A DNA stretch of 64,000 nt from Squalus acanthias. Its lineage: Eukaryota. The position numbers and the translations under genes are program-made. The stretch lies in the NCBI GenBank assembly GCA_030390025.1, contig CM059431.1, positions 132,186,001 to 132,250,000 of the forward strand, read 5' to 3'. Shown here piece after piece: positions 1-12,349 of this stretch. Under the pieces are notes generated by a model. The model did no database searches. It saw only the letters and a program-made list of their open reading frames with translations, and was not told the DNA's origin. How positions within the stretch are numbered: position 1 is the stretch's first letter; every line of letters begins with the position of its first letter.

Positions 1-226
1 CCCAGAGCTAATTTCATGTTTTATAGATTCAATTTGTAAAGGTAGGGAACAATGAAGCATTAAATCACTGCATTGTGGCATTTCAGGCATGTGTTACCAA
101 GAACAGTCGGTACTCTCATTTTTCAGTACAAAATAATTAATCATTTACTGCAAACCACATCGGAAGACCGATTTACACAGAAAGGTTTATTGTGTAGTTT
201 GATGGGGGAAGGAAAGTTGAGACAAT

Positions 227-991
227 GGCTGGAATTTGTAGCCAGCAGCAAAGCGAAGGCGTTCGCTGCTGGCCCTGAAGTACGCTCCGCACAGGGATCT
301 CGCAATTCCTGTGTCCGGAACTTCGGGTTTTCCGACCTTGAATTCAATTCAACGGAACTTAATGGAGATCCCCTTGTGCGAAGTGCTGTGATGTCAGCAG
401 GTTGTCTAAGCAGCCAATCAAAAGGCAGAATTGTCACAGACAGCGAACAATGAAGTGGGTAAGCCCTAAAAATTCTAACATTTTAGAAAGCGCAAAAGAA
501 AGATTGGGGTTCGCACATGGGGAAAAGGCAAACCTAAAATATAGATGCCCGAACTTTAAAAAAAAAATTAAAAATTAAAATTTATTTTTGAAAAGTTTCT
601 GAATTTTAATTTTTATTAAAATGGACAATTTTCACACTGCACAAAATTAAAATTAGTTTTCCAGGCCCTTAACATTTGTTTAGCAGTCAATACGCTGTTA
701 AAACCCCAGTTACACCAAATCCCTTTGGGTCTAACTTTTAGTGAGATACTTAACAGCGTAATTACTGCGGAAGAGCCGAAGTTTTCGTCAGTTTCAATGA
801 TTTCTGAGATTTCACTGATTGCCAGCTCTGTTTCGGGGGGTGGGGGGGAGGGGGGCAGAGCGCGGCCAGTTTCGGAGCTGTCATTGACAGACCGCAACTT
901 CAGGATTTCCACATGCGCTTGTGCACGCACCAAAATCCGAAGTTGTGGTCAGTTTCAAAGGGGGCGTCATACCGACCGCAAATTCAAGGCC
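227..991. mobile_element. Non-autonomous Harbinger-type MITE
   Basis: Imperfect TIRs GGCTGGAATTTG (227) and CAAATTCAAGGCC (991), with AAT on both flanks (3-bp TSD). No credible coding region. Confidence 0.6.
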
Positions 992-1959
992 AATGTTTGA
1001 GAATTCATATCAATTTATTAACTTTGGTTTTACTATAGCTCTTATAAGGGCTAAACATAAAGGTAGCATGAGACAGGAGTCGAATCTAAATGTTCTGTGC
1101 ATGTTATAACACTCCGGGTTGCCTGAGAAGAAACTGTTTTAATATCTAGCCATAAAACGAAATCCCAGAAGTCAGAGTTAATTTCAATACTGACACCAGC
1201 CTCTGACTATAGTGCTAGTTGTTAATCATTTAATCTCTTTGAATAATTTGATATTTAATAATGTATTGTGGAATTCTTATTCTGAGTGAGACTGGTAGTA
1301 TAAATCCCTCGCTGTGAAGGCAATTCGATTTTCTTTGGTGTTGACTGTTGAGTTGGCTTTTAAACATCAATCATTTAGGCAGTCACAAAGCCCAATCTGA
1401 AGTTCCGACTGATTCTGATAGCTAGCATGTGAACCTCCCTAGACTGCGAGGAAAAATGGATGCATAGTTCTCTTTATACCACCAGAGATTTTTTTTTTAT
1501 TCGTTTATGGGATGTGGACGTCGCTGGCAAGGCCAGCATTTATTGCTTATCCCTAATTGCCCTTGAGAAGGTGGTGGTGAGCTGCCTTCTTGAACCGCTG
1601 CAGTCCGTGTGGTGAATAATGCTCCAGGATTTTCTCTCAGGGACTATGAAGGAACGGTGATATACAGGAAACTTTCGTTTATCCGGCATCGACGGGACCG
1701 GCGTGGTGCCGGTTTATCGAAAGTACCGGATAACGGAGAGTTATATCTACCGAGGCTATTTTTAACATAAAAAAATCAAGAAATGTGCAGTATACAGTAT
1801 TTGGGTACTCACCTACAGAATGTTGTGTTAAATGGATAGTGGAAGATGCTTGATTAAGTACAGTACTGCCAGTTGAGGGTAATCCATAACTCTTTAATTA
1901 CTTAACAGTAAAACAAAACTTATAAACGACTGTCTACAGTACTGTAGTTGACTGTACAC

Positions 1960-3732
1960 TTATTCCGAGTCATCTGGTTCATCAGAAATATCCGTATCCA
2001 TGCCAGCTGGGTCATCAGGATCACGCAGTTCCACCGATGCCACAGATTCTTCAGGCACTTCCGCTGCTGCGACTCTTTTGGAAGCTTTCTTAAACATGTT
2101 GCGGATGTCGGTTTGCTTAGTGGACTCTTGCCTTTTCTGTAGAAAGGTGGAATGCAGAATATGGAGTTGCATAACTTCTTGTGCAGAGTAGCAATTCTGC
2201 CTTTCAGCAAATTTGAGGATTGTAGAAAATCCTTCTGCAGCTTTAGCCCAAGAAATCTTCTCTTCTTCAGAAATCTCATCCTCTTCACTTTCCATCTCGC
2301 TTTCCTTTTCTTTCTTTGGATTCAAAACATTCTGAATTATTTCATCATCACTTAGCATATGCACAACACCAACTTCTCTATCTGCATCAACCCACTGCTC
2401 GATATCACTTTCACTGAGGTGACGTAGAGGGTTTGCTGGGCCTGCATTTTTCACCATTCCAGCCATTTCCATTATTGTACTCTTCTTGGGACGAACACTG
2501 AACCCATGAAATTCCTCCTCTGAAGAAGAACCTTCAGCAAACATTACAGAAGGCCACAATTTGCGCCAGGCTTGCCTCAGAGTGTGACCTTTCACCAATT
2601 TCCAGGAACATGAAACATTATAGATGGCATCTTTAATATTGTATTCCTTCTGCAAATCTTGAATATTCTCATCTTGGCTTAGCAGTTTACGTAGGAAGTC
2701 TTTCTTGTAATGACACTTCAGATTTTGGATAACGCCCTGGTCCATGGGTTGGATGAGAGAAGTTACATTTGGTGGCAAATAAATGGTGAAAATATTTCCC
2801 GAAACCAACTGGGATTCATGCGGATGGGCTCTGCAATTATCAAGCAATAAAATGCATTTGCTATCTTCAGGTTTCCCTATTCTGCGGAAATGTTCCTTCA
2901 CAGATGGAACAAAAATATGATGGAACCAATCGGAGAAGATTTCCTTATCCATCCAAGCATTTTTTTGAGCTTTGTACTCAACAGGTAAGTGCCTCACATT
3001 TTTAAATGCACGGGGATTTTTATACTTCCCGATAACAAGAAGTTTAACCCGGTGTGATCCAGCGGCGTTCGCACATGTTAGCACGGTTACACGATCTTTA
3101 TTTTTCTTGTAACCTGAAGCATTAGCCTCACTAGCCCCAGCAAGCGTTGATTCTGGCAAAAACCTCCAAAACAAGCCAGTTTCATCGGCATTGTAGATCT
3201 GTGCTGGCGACAAATCATGTTGCTGCACAATCCGATTCAAATAATCGCAGTATTCTTCTGCGGCGTCGTGATCAGCTGATTTCTTCTCCCCGGAAATATC
3301 GAGTCGTCGTATCCCGTGCCGTAACTTGAAGCACGTTAGCCATCCATCGGAGAAAGCACACTTGTCAGTGAGCTACATCCTTTCGTAGAAATCCTTTGCT
3401 TTCTCGATTAGCATGGGTCCGGAAATTGGAACACCCTCTGAACGCTTAAGAGAAAACCATTCATAAAGCATGGTATCCAGCTCTTCAAGCTTAGGCTTAC
3501 GAAGCGTACGCCGTTTCTCTACACTCTTGCATGTCTCCGAGCTTGAATAAAACTTGAGCAGCTTATCCTTCTGCGATTTGATGTCGTAGATTGTTGACGA
3601 ACCGATTTTGAATTCATTCATAATGTTGATACGCTTCTCTCCCCTTTCAAGTCGTTGGCATATCTCGATTTTCTGTTTTAAAGTTAAGACCACTCTCTTC
3701 CTTTTGCTTGGACCAGCTTTTGGGAATTCCAT
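1960..3732 (-). pseudogene. Tigger/pogo (CENP-B/Jerky-like) transposase, about 590 codons with one in-frame TAG
   Basis: ORFs 3373-3786 and 1960-3240 share a frame, and read-through of TAG 3373-3375 gives [16 protein letters not shown]-terminal HTH region ([25 protein letters not shown]). DDE motifs NADETG, LLLDNC and QPMDQG with DD32D spacing. Confidence 0.93.
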
Positions 3733-3796
3733 AATGCAAGATGGAGGAGATAATTGCCGATGAAGATGGAAAGACACACAGAACAATGGTGGCTAG

Positions 3797-4024
3797 GAAG
3801 AGACTACCAGCAGCGTGGGAGACACACAGTAAAATGGTGTATCAGAAGAGACTACAGTACCAGCAGCGTGGCAGACACACAGCAAAATGGTGTATCAGAA
3901 GAGACTACAGTACCAGCAGCGTGGGAGACACACAGCAAAATGGTGGATCAGAAGAGACTACCAGCATCGTGGGAGACACCCAGCAAAATGGCCGATCAGA
4001 AGAGACTCCAGGCAGCGCGGGAGA
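3797..4024. repeat. 48/53-bp tandem repeat (about 4.5 copies) upstream of the Tigger transposase
   Basis: Units of GAAGAGACTAC[AGTAC]CAGCAGCGTGGGAGACACACAGCAAAATGGTGTATCA starting near 3797, 3845, 3898, 3951 and 3999. Confidence 0.9.
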
Positions 4025-4425
4025 ATCTACTCATGCTACTGCAATGTTTTGGACTTGCGACAGCGCCAGGAGGCCGAGTAGTGGCACTTTTGAAAAGTAC
4101 CCCTGCTGACTAAATCGGCATTCTCGGACTCGGGATCGGCAACATTGCTGGTTATTTGAGAGGAGTTTTCGGAGCACTCGGCGTTCGCGGAGACTCGACT
4201 GCGACTCGGCAACATTGCCGGTTATTTGAGAGGAGTTTTCGGAGGATGATTTTTGCCGGTTAAGCGAGAATTCCGGATATTTGGGTGCCGGATAAACGAA
4301 AGTTTCCTGTATTTCTAAGTCAGGATGGTGTGTAACTTGGAGGGGAACTTGGAGGTAATGGTGTTCCCATGCGCCTGCTGCCCTTCTCCTACTAGGTGGT
4401 AGAGGTCATGGGTTTGGGAGGTGCT

Positions 4426-4640
4426 GGTATGTTTAATTCCCAGGCATTGTCACCCTGCAGCCATGTTTCTGTAATGGCCACAAGATCATACCCATATGTA
4501 GTTATTTGTGCCATTAACTCGTCTATTTTGTTACGAATGCTACGTGCATTCAGATAGAGAACTTTCAAATATGTTTTGTGACACTTAGTTCCTTCTTTTG
4601 CCCTTTTTATTACTTTACCTTTTACTCCATACCTTCTGCC
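4426..4640 (-). mobile_element. CR1 ORF2 endonuclease N-terminal fragment
   Basis: Translates YLNARSIRNKIDEL...YDLVAITETWL, the AP-endonuclease motifs I/II. Confidence 0.8.
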
Positions 4641-5554
4641 CCTGTCAGGCTGTTGCTTGACTAGTCTGTGGGACAGCTCTCCCAATTTTGGCACAAGTCC
4701 CCAGATGTTAGTGAGGAGGACTTTGCAGGGTCGACTGGGCTGGGTGTGCCTTTGTCATGTCCGAAGCCGGTGCCAAGATCGATGTCAGGTCGTCCGTTCG
4801 GTTTTATTCTTATTATTGTTTCTTGTAGCGGTTTGTTGCAACCGAGTGGCTTGCTAGGCCATTTCAGAGTGCAATTAACAGTCAATCACATTGCTGTGTC
4901 TCTGGAGTCACATATAGGCCAGACCAGGTAAGAACAGATTTCCTTCCCTAAAGGACATTAGTGAACCAGATGGGTTTTTACAGACACCAATACTGACACT
5001 AGCTTTTTATTCCAGATTATTTAATTAACAATTTAAATTCCACAGCTGCCGTACAGCAGCCGTGGTGGGATTTGAACTCACGACTCCTGGATTATTAGTC
5101 CAGGCCTCTGGGTTACTAGTCCAGTAACCACTATGTCACCGTTCCCGATTCAGAACCTCAAGTGCTAGTCGCATCAAAGACTAATCAACCTACCAAATGA
5201 GACAACAGACATGAAAATGATTTCCTCTCAGCATTACTGTCATGACATCATAAAAAATGTGGGAAGATTTTTTCTAGGCGGCATTTTGAACAAAAAAGGA
5301 GAATCTCTCCTTCAGCGAAGTGTAACAACTGCTGAGTGCGTACATATCCCAGTAAACATGTTAGTCTTTTAGTGACCATTTAAAAAAAAACTTCTTTTTC
5401 AACAACTGCACTTATTTCCCCTAATTGAAACAATATAACAGAAGATTTCTTCTGTGCCATACATGTATCAAAATCATAAACCCATTGCTTGGCTAGTTCA
5501 ATTGAATTTCTTGAGGAAATCATGAAGAGTGTGTAGATAAAGAAAATGTGGAGG

Positions 5555-6655
5555 ATTTTATATAGATGGAATTTCAGAAGGAATTTGATGATGTGCCACA
5601 TAAGAAAGGTACGTGGTATTAAAAGGAAAGCAGAGGCATGGATAGAGAGATGGCTGGGGGCAAAAAGCTAAGAGTAAACATGATTAGATGATTTTAAGAT
5701 TGGTGGGAGATGGATAGCTGTGCGTCCGGAGATCCACTTTTGTTTTTCATTTGTATAAATGATTGAATGCAGGTGCAAGAGGAATAATATCAAAGTTTGC
5801 TGATAATACATATTAGGGGCATAGCAAACAGTGATGAAGAGATTGCAGGAGAATATAAACAGGTAACTGAATGGGCAGATAGGTGGCAGACGTAGGTAAA
5901 TGCAGAGAAATGAAAAGTAGTACATTTTGGGGGAAAAAACGGTGAATGGAAGTATACATCAAACATTAAGGGGTTAACTTTATCCTTCACCGCCTGAGTG
6001 GTAATCTGGTGGAGCAGATTGTCCATCTGTTGTGAATTTCACCCGATTTTCATCCCATTGGAAGCAGGTAGAAAAGTTTAAGGAATGGGCAGATGGGATT
6101 CTGGGTTTCATACACTGGGGACTTTGAATCTAAATGCAAAGAAGTGATGTTGAGTTTGTACAAGATGTTGTTTAGGCCACATTCAAGTATTGCTTGCATG
6201 CAATTCACCGCATTCCATTATTGGAATATTCGAGTCATGGAAAGGAGCCTCATGAAGATTCACTAGAACGATACCAGAAATGAGAGGTTATAATTATGAA
6301 GAAAGGCTCAAAGAATTGGGCCTTTTTTTTTACTAGAATAGAGAAGGTGAAGTAGCGGTTTTCAAAATGCTGAAAGCTTCTAGTGAATCATGAAAAATTG
6401 TTTATGCTGGTTGATAAATCAGTAACAAAGGATTATCATGAGAAGAGCGATGGGGAAGCTCCATGAATTTTTTTCACACAGAAAGTTATTGAGACTTTAC
6501 CACAAATGGCTACTGAGGCACAGAATATAACATCATTTAAAAGGAAAAAGTAATAGAAAAAGTTACTGGAAAAGGCAGGGATTAGAATAGATAACTCCAG
6601 TTGAAGAGCAACTACCAGCACAGGCATAGTGAGCCAAGTAAGCTCCTCCAGTGCT
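5555..6655 (+). mobile_element. Highly degenerate CR1 RT/3' fragment
   Basis: Eroded matches to [16 protein letters not shown] and QMKFNAEK DNA and to the CR1 3' UTR. Many stops. Confidence 0.6.
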
Positions 6656-8631
6656 ATAGGGGTGAATTTTAACAGCCAAAAACATGTGGGACGGCCCCAC
6701 CCCAGGATCGGACCTACTTTCTCCTGCGCCCTGCTCTGGAGTCCTCCCCACCTGACTGGAAGCCAAGCCTGTCAATCAGGCTGACTTCCGGGCGGGGAAT
6801 CTGTCAAGGACAGAAGATGCAGGCTGTGGAGTTAAACTCCACAGCATGCGGGGAGCGGGTTTCCCATCTGAAACTCTCCCGCACGCCTACGTGACGCGTC
6901 CCTATTAATATCCATGGGTTGAGAATGGATCTGGCCCGGGTAAATTGGAATCAAAGATTGGCAGGCAAAACTGTAATCGAACAATGGGCTGCTTTTAAAG
7001 AGGAGATGGTTCGGGTACAGTTGAGGTACATTCCCACGAGGGGGAAAGGTAGGGCAACTAAAGCCAGAGCTCCCTGGATAACGAAAGAGATAGAGAGTAA
7101 GCTGAAGCAGAAAAAGAGCACGTATGACAGATGTCAGGTTGAGAATACAAGTGAGAATCAGGCTGACTATAGAAAGTTCAGAGGGGAAGTGAAAAAGAAA
7201 ATAAGAGGGGCAAAGAGAGAGTATGAGAATCGATTGGCAGCTAACATAAAAGAGAATTCAAAAGTCTTCTATAGGCATATAAATAATTAATGGGTAGTAA
7301 GAGGAGGGGTGGGGCCGATTAGAGACCAAAAAGGAGACCTACGCATAGAGGCAGAGGGCATAGCTGAGGTACTAAATGAGTACTTTGCATCTGTCTTCAC
7401 CAAGGAAGAAGATGCTGCCAAAGTCATAGTGAAAGAGGAGGTAGAGGAGAAATTGGATGAGATATGAATTGATACAAAGGAAGTACTAGAAAGGCTGTCT
7501 GTACATAAAGTTGATAAGTCACCAGAACCAGATGGGATGCATCCTAGCATGCTGAGGGAGGCTAAGGAGGAAATCGCAGAGATACTCGCCATAATCTTCC
7601 AATCCTCCTTAGATACGGGGGTGGTGCCAGAATACTGGAGAATTGCGAATGTTACATCCTTGTTCAAAAAAGGGTATAAGGATAAACCCAGCAACTACAG
7701 GCTAGTCAGTTTAACCTCAGTAGTGGGGAAGCTTTTAGAAACAATAATCAGGGACAAAGTTAACAGTCAGTTGGACAAGTGTGGATTAATTAAGAAAAGC
7801 CAGCATGGATTTGTTAAAGGCAAACCATGTTTAACTAACTTGCTCGAGCTTTTTGCCTCTCATTCTTCCTTCCAAAATGCATTACTTCACACTTCTTTGC
7901 GTTAAATATCATCTACCATGTGTGTGTCCATTTAATTTAACTAACTTGATTGAGATTTTTGATGAGGAACGAACTTGATTGAGTTTTTGGTGAGGTAGCA
8001 GAGAGAGTTGATGAGGGCAATGCGGTTGACGTGGTGTACATGGACTTCCAGAAGGCGTTTGATAAAATGCCACATAATAGGCTTGCCAGCAAAGTTGAAG
8101 CCCATGGAATAAAAGGGACAGTGGCAGCATGGATACGAAATTGGCTAAGTGACAGGAAACAGAGAGTAGTGGTGAATGGTTGTTTTCTGGACTGGAGGAA
8201 GGCATACAGTGGTGTTCCCCAGGGGTCGGTTCTAGGACCAGTGCTTTTCTTGATATATATTAATGACTTGGATGTTGGTGTGGGGCACAATTTCAAAATT
8301 TGCAGATGACACAAAACTTGGAAGTATAGTGAACAGTGAGGAGGATAGTGATAGACTTCAATAAGACATAGTCAGGCTGGTGAAATGGGCGGACACGTGG
8401 CAGATGAAATTTAATGCAGAAAAGTGCGAAGTGATACATTTTGGTAGGAAGAACGAGGAGAGGCAATATAAACTAAAGGGTACAATCCTAAAGGGGGTGC
8501 ATGAACAGAGAGACCTGGGGATTTATGTGCACAAATCGTTGACAATGGCAGGACAGGTTGAGAAAGCGGTTAAAAAAGCATACGGGTTCTTGGGCTTCAT
8601 AAATAGAGGCACAATGTACAAAAGCAAGGAA

Positions 8632-11629
8632 CAGCAAAATACTGCGGATACTGGAAATCTGAAATAACAACAGAAAGTGCTGGAAACACTCAGCAGGTCA
8701 GGCAGCATCGAGGAGAGAGAAACAGGGTCAACATTTCGGGTCGAACCGTTCATCAGAACTGGAAAAGGTTAGGGAAGAGAGATTTTTAAGCAGGGGCAGG
8801 GAGGAGGGGAGGAAAGAACAAAGGGAAGGTCTGTGATAGGATGGAAGGCCGGAGAGATTGAATGACAAAACGGATGATGGTGCGAGGCAAAAGGAGAGGT
8901 AATGGGCCAAGTTAAGAAACAAAAGATGGCTCTAGATGATGTGTGAATGATGATGACAGCAACATTAACAGCTACCATGTGAGGAAACAAGAGAAAAAAA
9001 TATATAAAGAAATAATTTATAGTCTGAAATTGGTGAACTCGATGTTTAGTCCAGAAGGCTGTAAACTGCCTAATAGAAAGATGAGGTGCTGTTCCTCAAG
9101 CTTACGTTGAGCTTCGTTGGAACAATGTAAGAGGCCGAGGATGGAGAGATCAGAGTGGGAGTGGAGCGGGGAATTAAAGTGACAGGCGACCGGAAGCTCG
9201 GGGTCACGCTTGCGGACTTAACGGAGGTGTTCCGCAAAGCAGTCACCCAATCTGCGTTTGGTCTCCCCAATGTAGAGGAGACCGCATCGTGAGCACCAAA
9301 TACTAAATTGCAGGAAGTACAAGTAAATCGCTGTTTCACCTGGAAGGGGTGTTTGGGGCCCTGGACAGTGGGAAGGGAGGAGGTAAAAGGGCAGGTGTTG
9401 CATCTCCTGCGCTTGCACGTGAAGGTGCCGGGCGAAAGGGAAGGGGTGTTGGGGGTGATAGAGGAGTGGACCAGGGTGTCACGGAGGGAGCGGTCCCTTC
9501 GGACTGCTGAAAGGGGGGGGGGGGAGGGGAAGATGTGTTTGGTGGTGGGATCACACTGGAGGTGGCGGAAATGGCGCAGGATGATCCGTTTGGTGGTTGG
9601 TGGGGTGAAAGTTGAGGACAAGGGGAACCATATCGTGGTTCTGGGAAGGAGGGGAAGGGCTGAGAGCAGAAGTGCAGAAAATGGAATGGACACGGTCGAG
9701 GGCTATGTCAACCACGGTAGAGGGGAATCCTCGGTTGAAGAAAAAGGAAGATATACTGGAAGCACTAGTATGTAAGGTGGCATCGTCCAAACAAATGCGC
9801 GGAATCGGAGAAACTGGGAGAATGGAATAGAGTCCTTACAGGAAGCGGGGTGGGAGGAAGTGTAGTCCAGGTAGCTGTGGGAGTCAGTGGGCTTATAGTG
9901 ATGTTGGTCGATAGCCTATCCCCAGAAATGGAGACAGAAAAGTCGAGAAAGGGAAGGGAAGAGTCGGAGATGGACCATATGAAGGTGAGGGAAGGGTGGA
10001 AATTGGAAGCAAAGTGAATGAAATTATCTAGTTTAGGACGAGAGCAGGAAACGGCACCAACACAGTCGTCAGTGTACCAGAAAAAGAGGTGAGGGTGGGG
10101 ACCTGAGTAGGACTGGAACAAAGAATGTTCCACATATCCCATGAAAAGGCAGGCATAGCTAGGGCCCATGCAGGTGCCCATAGCAACACCTTTAATTTGG
10201 AGGAAGTGAGTGGAGTCAGAGGAGAAGTTGTTCAATGTGGGAACAAGTTCAGCCAGGCGGAGGAGGGTGGTGGTGGATGGGGACTGGTTGGGCCTCTGTT
10301 CAAGGAAGAAGCGGAGCGCCCTCAGGCCATCCTGGTGGGGGATGGAGGTGTAGAGGGATTGGACGTCCAAAGTGAAAAGGAGATGGTTGGGGCCGGGAAA
10401 ATGGAAACTGTTAAAGTGGCGGAGGACGTCGGAAGAGTCGCGAATGTAGGTGGGAAGAGACTGGACAAGGGGAGAAAAAATAGAGTCAAGATAGGAAGAA
10501 ATCAGTTCTGTGCAGCAAGAACAGGCTGAAACAATGGGTCTACCAGGGCAGTCCTGTTTGTGGATCTTGGGAAGGAGGTAGAAGCGGGCTGTGCGATGTT
10601 GGGGGACTATGAGGTTCGCGGCCATGGAGGGAAGATCTCTAGAGGAGATGAGGTCAGTGACAGTCTTGGAAACGATTGCTTGATGTTCGGTAGTGGGGTC
10701 ATGGTCCAGGGGGAGGTAGGAGGAGGTGTCAGAGAGTTGCCGTTCAGCCTCCGCTAGGTAGAGGTCGGTTCGCCAAACAACAACAGCACCACCCTTGTCA
10801 GCAGGTTTAATGACAATGTTAGGATTGGATCGGAGAGAACGGAGTGCTGCAAGTTCAGAGGGAGGTAGGTTGGAGTGAGTGAGGGGAGCAGAGAAATTGA
10901 GATGGCCGATGTCACGCCGGCAGTTAGCAATAAAAAGATCTAGAGAGGATAAGAGGCCAGAGGGAGGGGTCCAGGTAGAACGAGAATTCTGAACGTGGGA
11001 GAAAGGGTCCGCTGTGCGGGGGGAAGACGCCTGGCCAAAGAAGTGGGCACGGAGACGAAGGCGACGGAAAAAGAGGTCGGCGACATGCCGAGCTCGAAAT
11101 TCATTGAGGTGGGGGCGTAAGGGGATGAAGCTCATGCCTTTGCGAAGGACTCATCGTTCGGGGTCAGAGAGGAGAAGGTCAGTGGGGATAGTGAAAACAC
11201 GGCAGGGGGGTGAGATTGGAAGAAGGGATGGGGTCAGAGGAAAGTGAAGGGGAAGAAGGTTCTGGAGGGGCGTTGGTGTCCAAGAGTTGATGAAGCTTGC
11301 GATCCTTGACATCTGAAAGGAATAAATAAAGTTTTTGATGAGTCGAAGTATGAAATGGAACTGCGGACCAGGACAGCTTTGAGATAGAGTGCGTCGGTTG
11401 ATGCATGGCGTTGAGCGTGGATCTCAGGATGCGGCGAGAGCAGTAGCTCAAGGAATGCTGAATATCTTGGAGATATCTGTAATCCTGGATGAATCCGAAA
11501 CACGAAGGGTGGAATTTCAGTTGGAATCCACGTGGAATAAGTCGGAACTGGAGACAGTTGCTGAGGAAAGAGATGTGGCTGTGAAAATGGGTCTTGGCAG
11601 ATACCTGATCAAACACGAGAAGGGAAACA
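8632..11629 (-). mobile_element. Penelope-like retroelement (RT + GIY-YIG), copy 1
   Basis: ORF 9765-11135 has KPADKG, LPKIHK...GRPIVS, DVQSLYTSIP, GVAMG. The downstream frame has GLLYIGETKRRLGDCFAEH (GIY-YIG). Flanked by an imperfect direct repeat AAAAGCAA(G/T)GAA. Confidence 0.92.
8726..8760 (-). ncRNA. Degenerate minimal hammerhead ribozyme in the Penelope tail
   Basis: Minus strand reads AGTT CTGATGA A CGGTTCGACCC GAAA TG TT GACC. Core boxes are present but the stems are eroded. Confidence 0.55.
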
Positions 11630-12349
11630 AAAAGCAATGAAGTTATGATGAACCTTTATAAAACACTGGTTCAGCCTCAACTGGAGTATTGTGTCCAATT
11701 CTGGGCACCGCACTTTAGGAAGGATGGGAAGGCTTTAGCGAGGGTGCAGAAAAGATTTACGAGACTGATTCCAGGAATGAGGGACTTCAGTTACGTGGCT
11801 AGACTGGTGAAGCTGGGGTTGTTCTCCTTAGAGCAGAGAAGGTTGAGAGGAGATTTGATAGAGGCATTCAAAATCATGAGGGGTCTGGACAGAGAAGATA
11901 GAGAGAAACTATTCCCATTGGCGGAAGGGTCGAGAACCAGAGGACATAGATTTAAGGTGATTGGCAAAAGAACCAAAGGCGACATGAGGAAAAACATTTT
12001 TACGCAGTGAGTGGTTAGGATCTGGAATGCACTGCCTGAAAGGGTGGTGGAGGCAGACTCAATCGTGGCTTTCAAAAGGGAATTGGATAAGTACCTGAAG
12101 GAAATAAATTTGCAGGGCTACGGGGCAAGGGGAGTGGGACTAGTGAAGTGATCCTGCAGAGAGCCGGCACGGACTCAACGGGCCGAGTGGTCTCCTCTGT
12201 GCTGTAACCATTCTATGATTCTATGCCATAATGTCTATGATTCTATAATAAAGAACAACTTAATTATTTTGTTAGTCATAATGCATAGAGTAGATCTTCC
12301 TCCATGGCCCATTTAAAATTGTTTGTGGATTGTTTTTCTTTTAAACTCC

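Larger units (their letters stand above)
1665..4309 (-). mobile_element. Full-length Tigger/pogo DNA transposon
   Basis: Perfect 24-bp TIRs CAGGAAACTTTCGTTTATCCGGCA (1665-1688 and 4286-4309), TA TSD (1663-1664, 4310-4311), internal transposase. Confidence 0.95.
1491..5146 (-). mobile_element. tRNA-headed LINE (family B), internally deleted copy interrupted by Tigger and a CR1 fragment
   Basis: 1491-1664 and 4310-4425 match the 3' end of the copy at 37362-37670. 4645-5146 matches its 5' end (PKLGELSHRLVKQQPD, then the tRNA-like head ending GTTCCC at 5146). Confidence 0.8.
6916..12245 (+). mobile_element. CR1 LINE ORF2 (fragmented), split by a Penelope insertion at 8632-11629
   Basis: ORF pieces 6919-7290, 7537-, 8031-, 8380- and 11645-12010 with [41 protein letters not shown]. 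3' tail (TTCTATGA)n near 12210-12245. Confidence 0.92.

Noticed and set aside
1960..3732. Domesticated host gene (JRK/JRKL/TIGD/CENPB)
   Set aside because: It has perfect TIRs, a TA TSD inside a LINE and a nonsense codon, so it is a transposon copy.
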